A program made the translations under genes and the position numbers. 37,804 nt of DNA from Lentisphaeria bacterium (GTDB lineage: Bacteria; Verrucomicrobiota; Lentisphaeria; Victivallales; JAADHT01). Shown in pieces: positions 36,747-37,804 of the stretch. Each line of letters begins with the position of its first letter. Within the stretch, counting starts at the first letter, position 1. Under the pieces are notes generated by a model, which searched no databases, was not told where the DNA came from, and saw only the letters and a program-made list of their open reading frames with translations. The stretch is taken from contig WFSE01000153.1 in assembly GCA_015486135.1 (NCBI GenBank), positions 1-37,804 of the forward strand. Reading direction: 5' to 3'.

Positions 36747-37286
36747 TTACTCCTTTTGGGATTTTTCCGACGGATCGACGGTCTTGGCGTCGAACAACTC
36801 GGCGCGGTAATCGCGCTTCAGCAGCTCCTTGTAGGAATCCTTGACGATATCCCCGAATTTCGTCAGGCACAACGCATTGGCGACGGCGATATCCAATTCC
36901 TTGTTTTTCATCTTCCCCAAGGTGTCGTTTAAGTCCCCGCACGCCTTGTCCATCTTCTCCCGGTCCAAGCCCTGATGGAGAACCTTCGCCATCTCCGCGC
37001 AAGTCGCGTTCCGGGCCCCGGTCAGCGCCATCGATATCGCCATTCCTATGCTATGCGGGGATACGACTATGTTTTTCCCGGCGTTCTCCTTGTCGGAAGC
37101 CAGCTTCCCGTATAACTCCACCCCGGACGCGTTGAAAGATTCCACCAGATTGGCGACGCCATCAGATAATGCTTTCCCCCTCGCGTCTTCGGCACCCCGC
37201 GCATCAACGCCGACAGCAACCGCAAACAGGAAAACGCATATCCCCTTGAATATCGCTTGGCCCCAACCGCGTTTCATGAGTCCCAT
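36747..37286 (-). pseudogene. Truncated secreted serpin-like gene (N-terminal ~180 aa only)
   Basis: Good RBS (AGGAGGG) and a signal peptide (MGLMKRGWGQAIFKGICVFLFAVAVGV). This is followed by the canonical serpin N-terminal block NIVVSPHSIGMAISMALTGARNATCAEMAKVL and ...ANALCL...YRAEL...VDP. The ORF stops where serpins continue for another ~200 aa (no reactive-centre loop). No continuation exists in other frames before the next gene. Confidence 0.5.
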
Positions 37287-37320
37287 CGCTCCACCCTCCT
37301 ATTGAAACAATCACTACCAT

Positions 37321-37348
37321 AGGGCCTGCTGAATAATTCGCAAGCACG
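37321..37348. repeat. Isolated family A terminal-repeat fragment
   Basis: The sequence agggcctgCTGAATAATTcGCAAGcacg lies immediately upstream of the serpin-like gene. Confidence 0.5.
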
Positions 37349-37724
37349 TACCGTGCGATTGGAAAGGACCTCCGTGGTGAAAAAAAGATCCGTCTGATCT
37401 GTCCGATCCGCCAGCGGCAGCAATAATACAAAGCGGCACAGGGGTGCCGCACTCCAAAGAGCCTGTGGCTCAAAAGCGCTTCGCGCGATTTAATTCCTCG
37501 CAGAGACGCAAAGAACGCAGAGGCTTTTCCCTCTTTCCCGCAACATGCCGGTTCCGCGACGGAGATGAAAAAGGCTTGTACGGAAGAAAAGTCAATGCGC
37601 TCATCAGTATTCCCCTGGCCTGGCCTTCCGCAAAGTCCAGAGGGTTCGCTAAGCAAACGGAAGGACTAACCCTTAAATCCCTCTTCGATGGATTTATAAC
37701 CGCGATTCTCGCGGTAGGGGGGCA

Positions 37725-37804
37725 TGGAAATTATGGGATTGATGGAACCACATCGTATTTCCGTCTTGAGTCTTGCGTCGCATCCCCCCCTGCCTTTCCT
37801 GAAT
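37725..37804 (+). other. Possible 5-prime end of a gene running off the window
   Basis: ATG GAA ATT ATG GGA TTG ATG GAA CCA CAT CGT... is open to the window end, with GGGGGG just upstream. It is too short to classify. Confidence 0.15.

Noticed and set aside
37204-37656. 150-aa ORF (minus) at the window end
   Set aside because: It overlaps the serpin-like gene start and its RBS. Its product is Cys/Arg/Gly-rich and low-complexity, with no start context.
1-37804. CRISPR arrays, IS transposases, toxin-antitoxin pairs, phage genes
   Set aside because: No direct-repeat/spacer array, no DDE, serine or tyrosine recombinase motifs, and no small paired ORFs with TA features were seen on either strand.

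Overview
This 37.8 kb chromosomal segment comes from a GC-rich Gram-negative bacterium. The gene content (type III glutamine synthetase GlnN, a PF12831-like FAD oxidoreductase, a sialate O-acetylesterase, PAS-rich hybrid kinases) tentatively suggests a Verrucomicrobia, Kiritimatiellae or Lentisphaerae type genome. Most of the window is housekeeping: gltB-gltD, glnN, metH, mutL, queA, apbE, cobU, pilD, a flotillin/NfeD pair, a tRNA-Leu(UAG), a hybrid PAS histidine kinase and an RRM RNA-binding protein. Three things stand out against that background.

1. Almost every intergenic gap carries copies of a ~140 bp MITE-like repeat with ~20-27 bp terminal inverted repeats, plus a second short repeat family.
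2. An AT-rich, compositionally foreign two-gene module (an ABC ATPase followed by an 887-aa ABC-2-type permease fused to a C-terminal CPBP/CAAX-protease domain) sits between glnN and gltB. It is bracketed by the repeats and preceded by a G8 homopolymer tract.
3. A tRNA-Leu is directly followed by a translationally coupled Ser/Thr kinase - FAD oxidoreductase pair and a 574-aa secreted protein of unknown function.

A truncated secreted serpin-like ORF is also present.

No CRISPR array, integrase, transposase or recognisable phage gene is visible. Coordinates for non-ORF features were read by eye and may be off by 1-2 nt.
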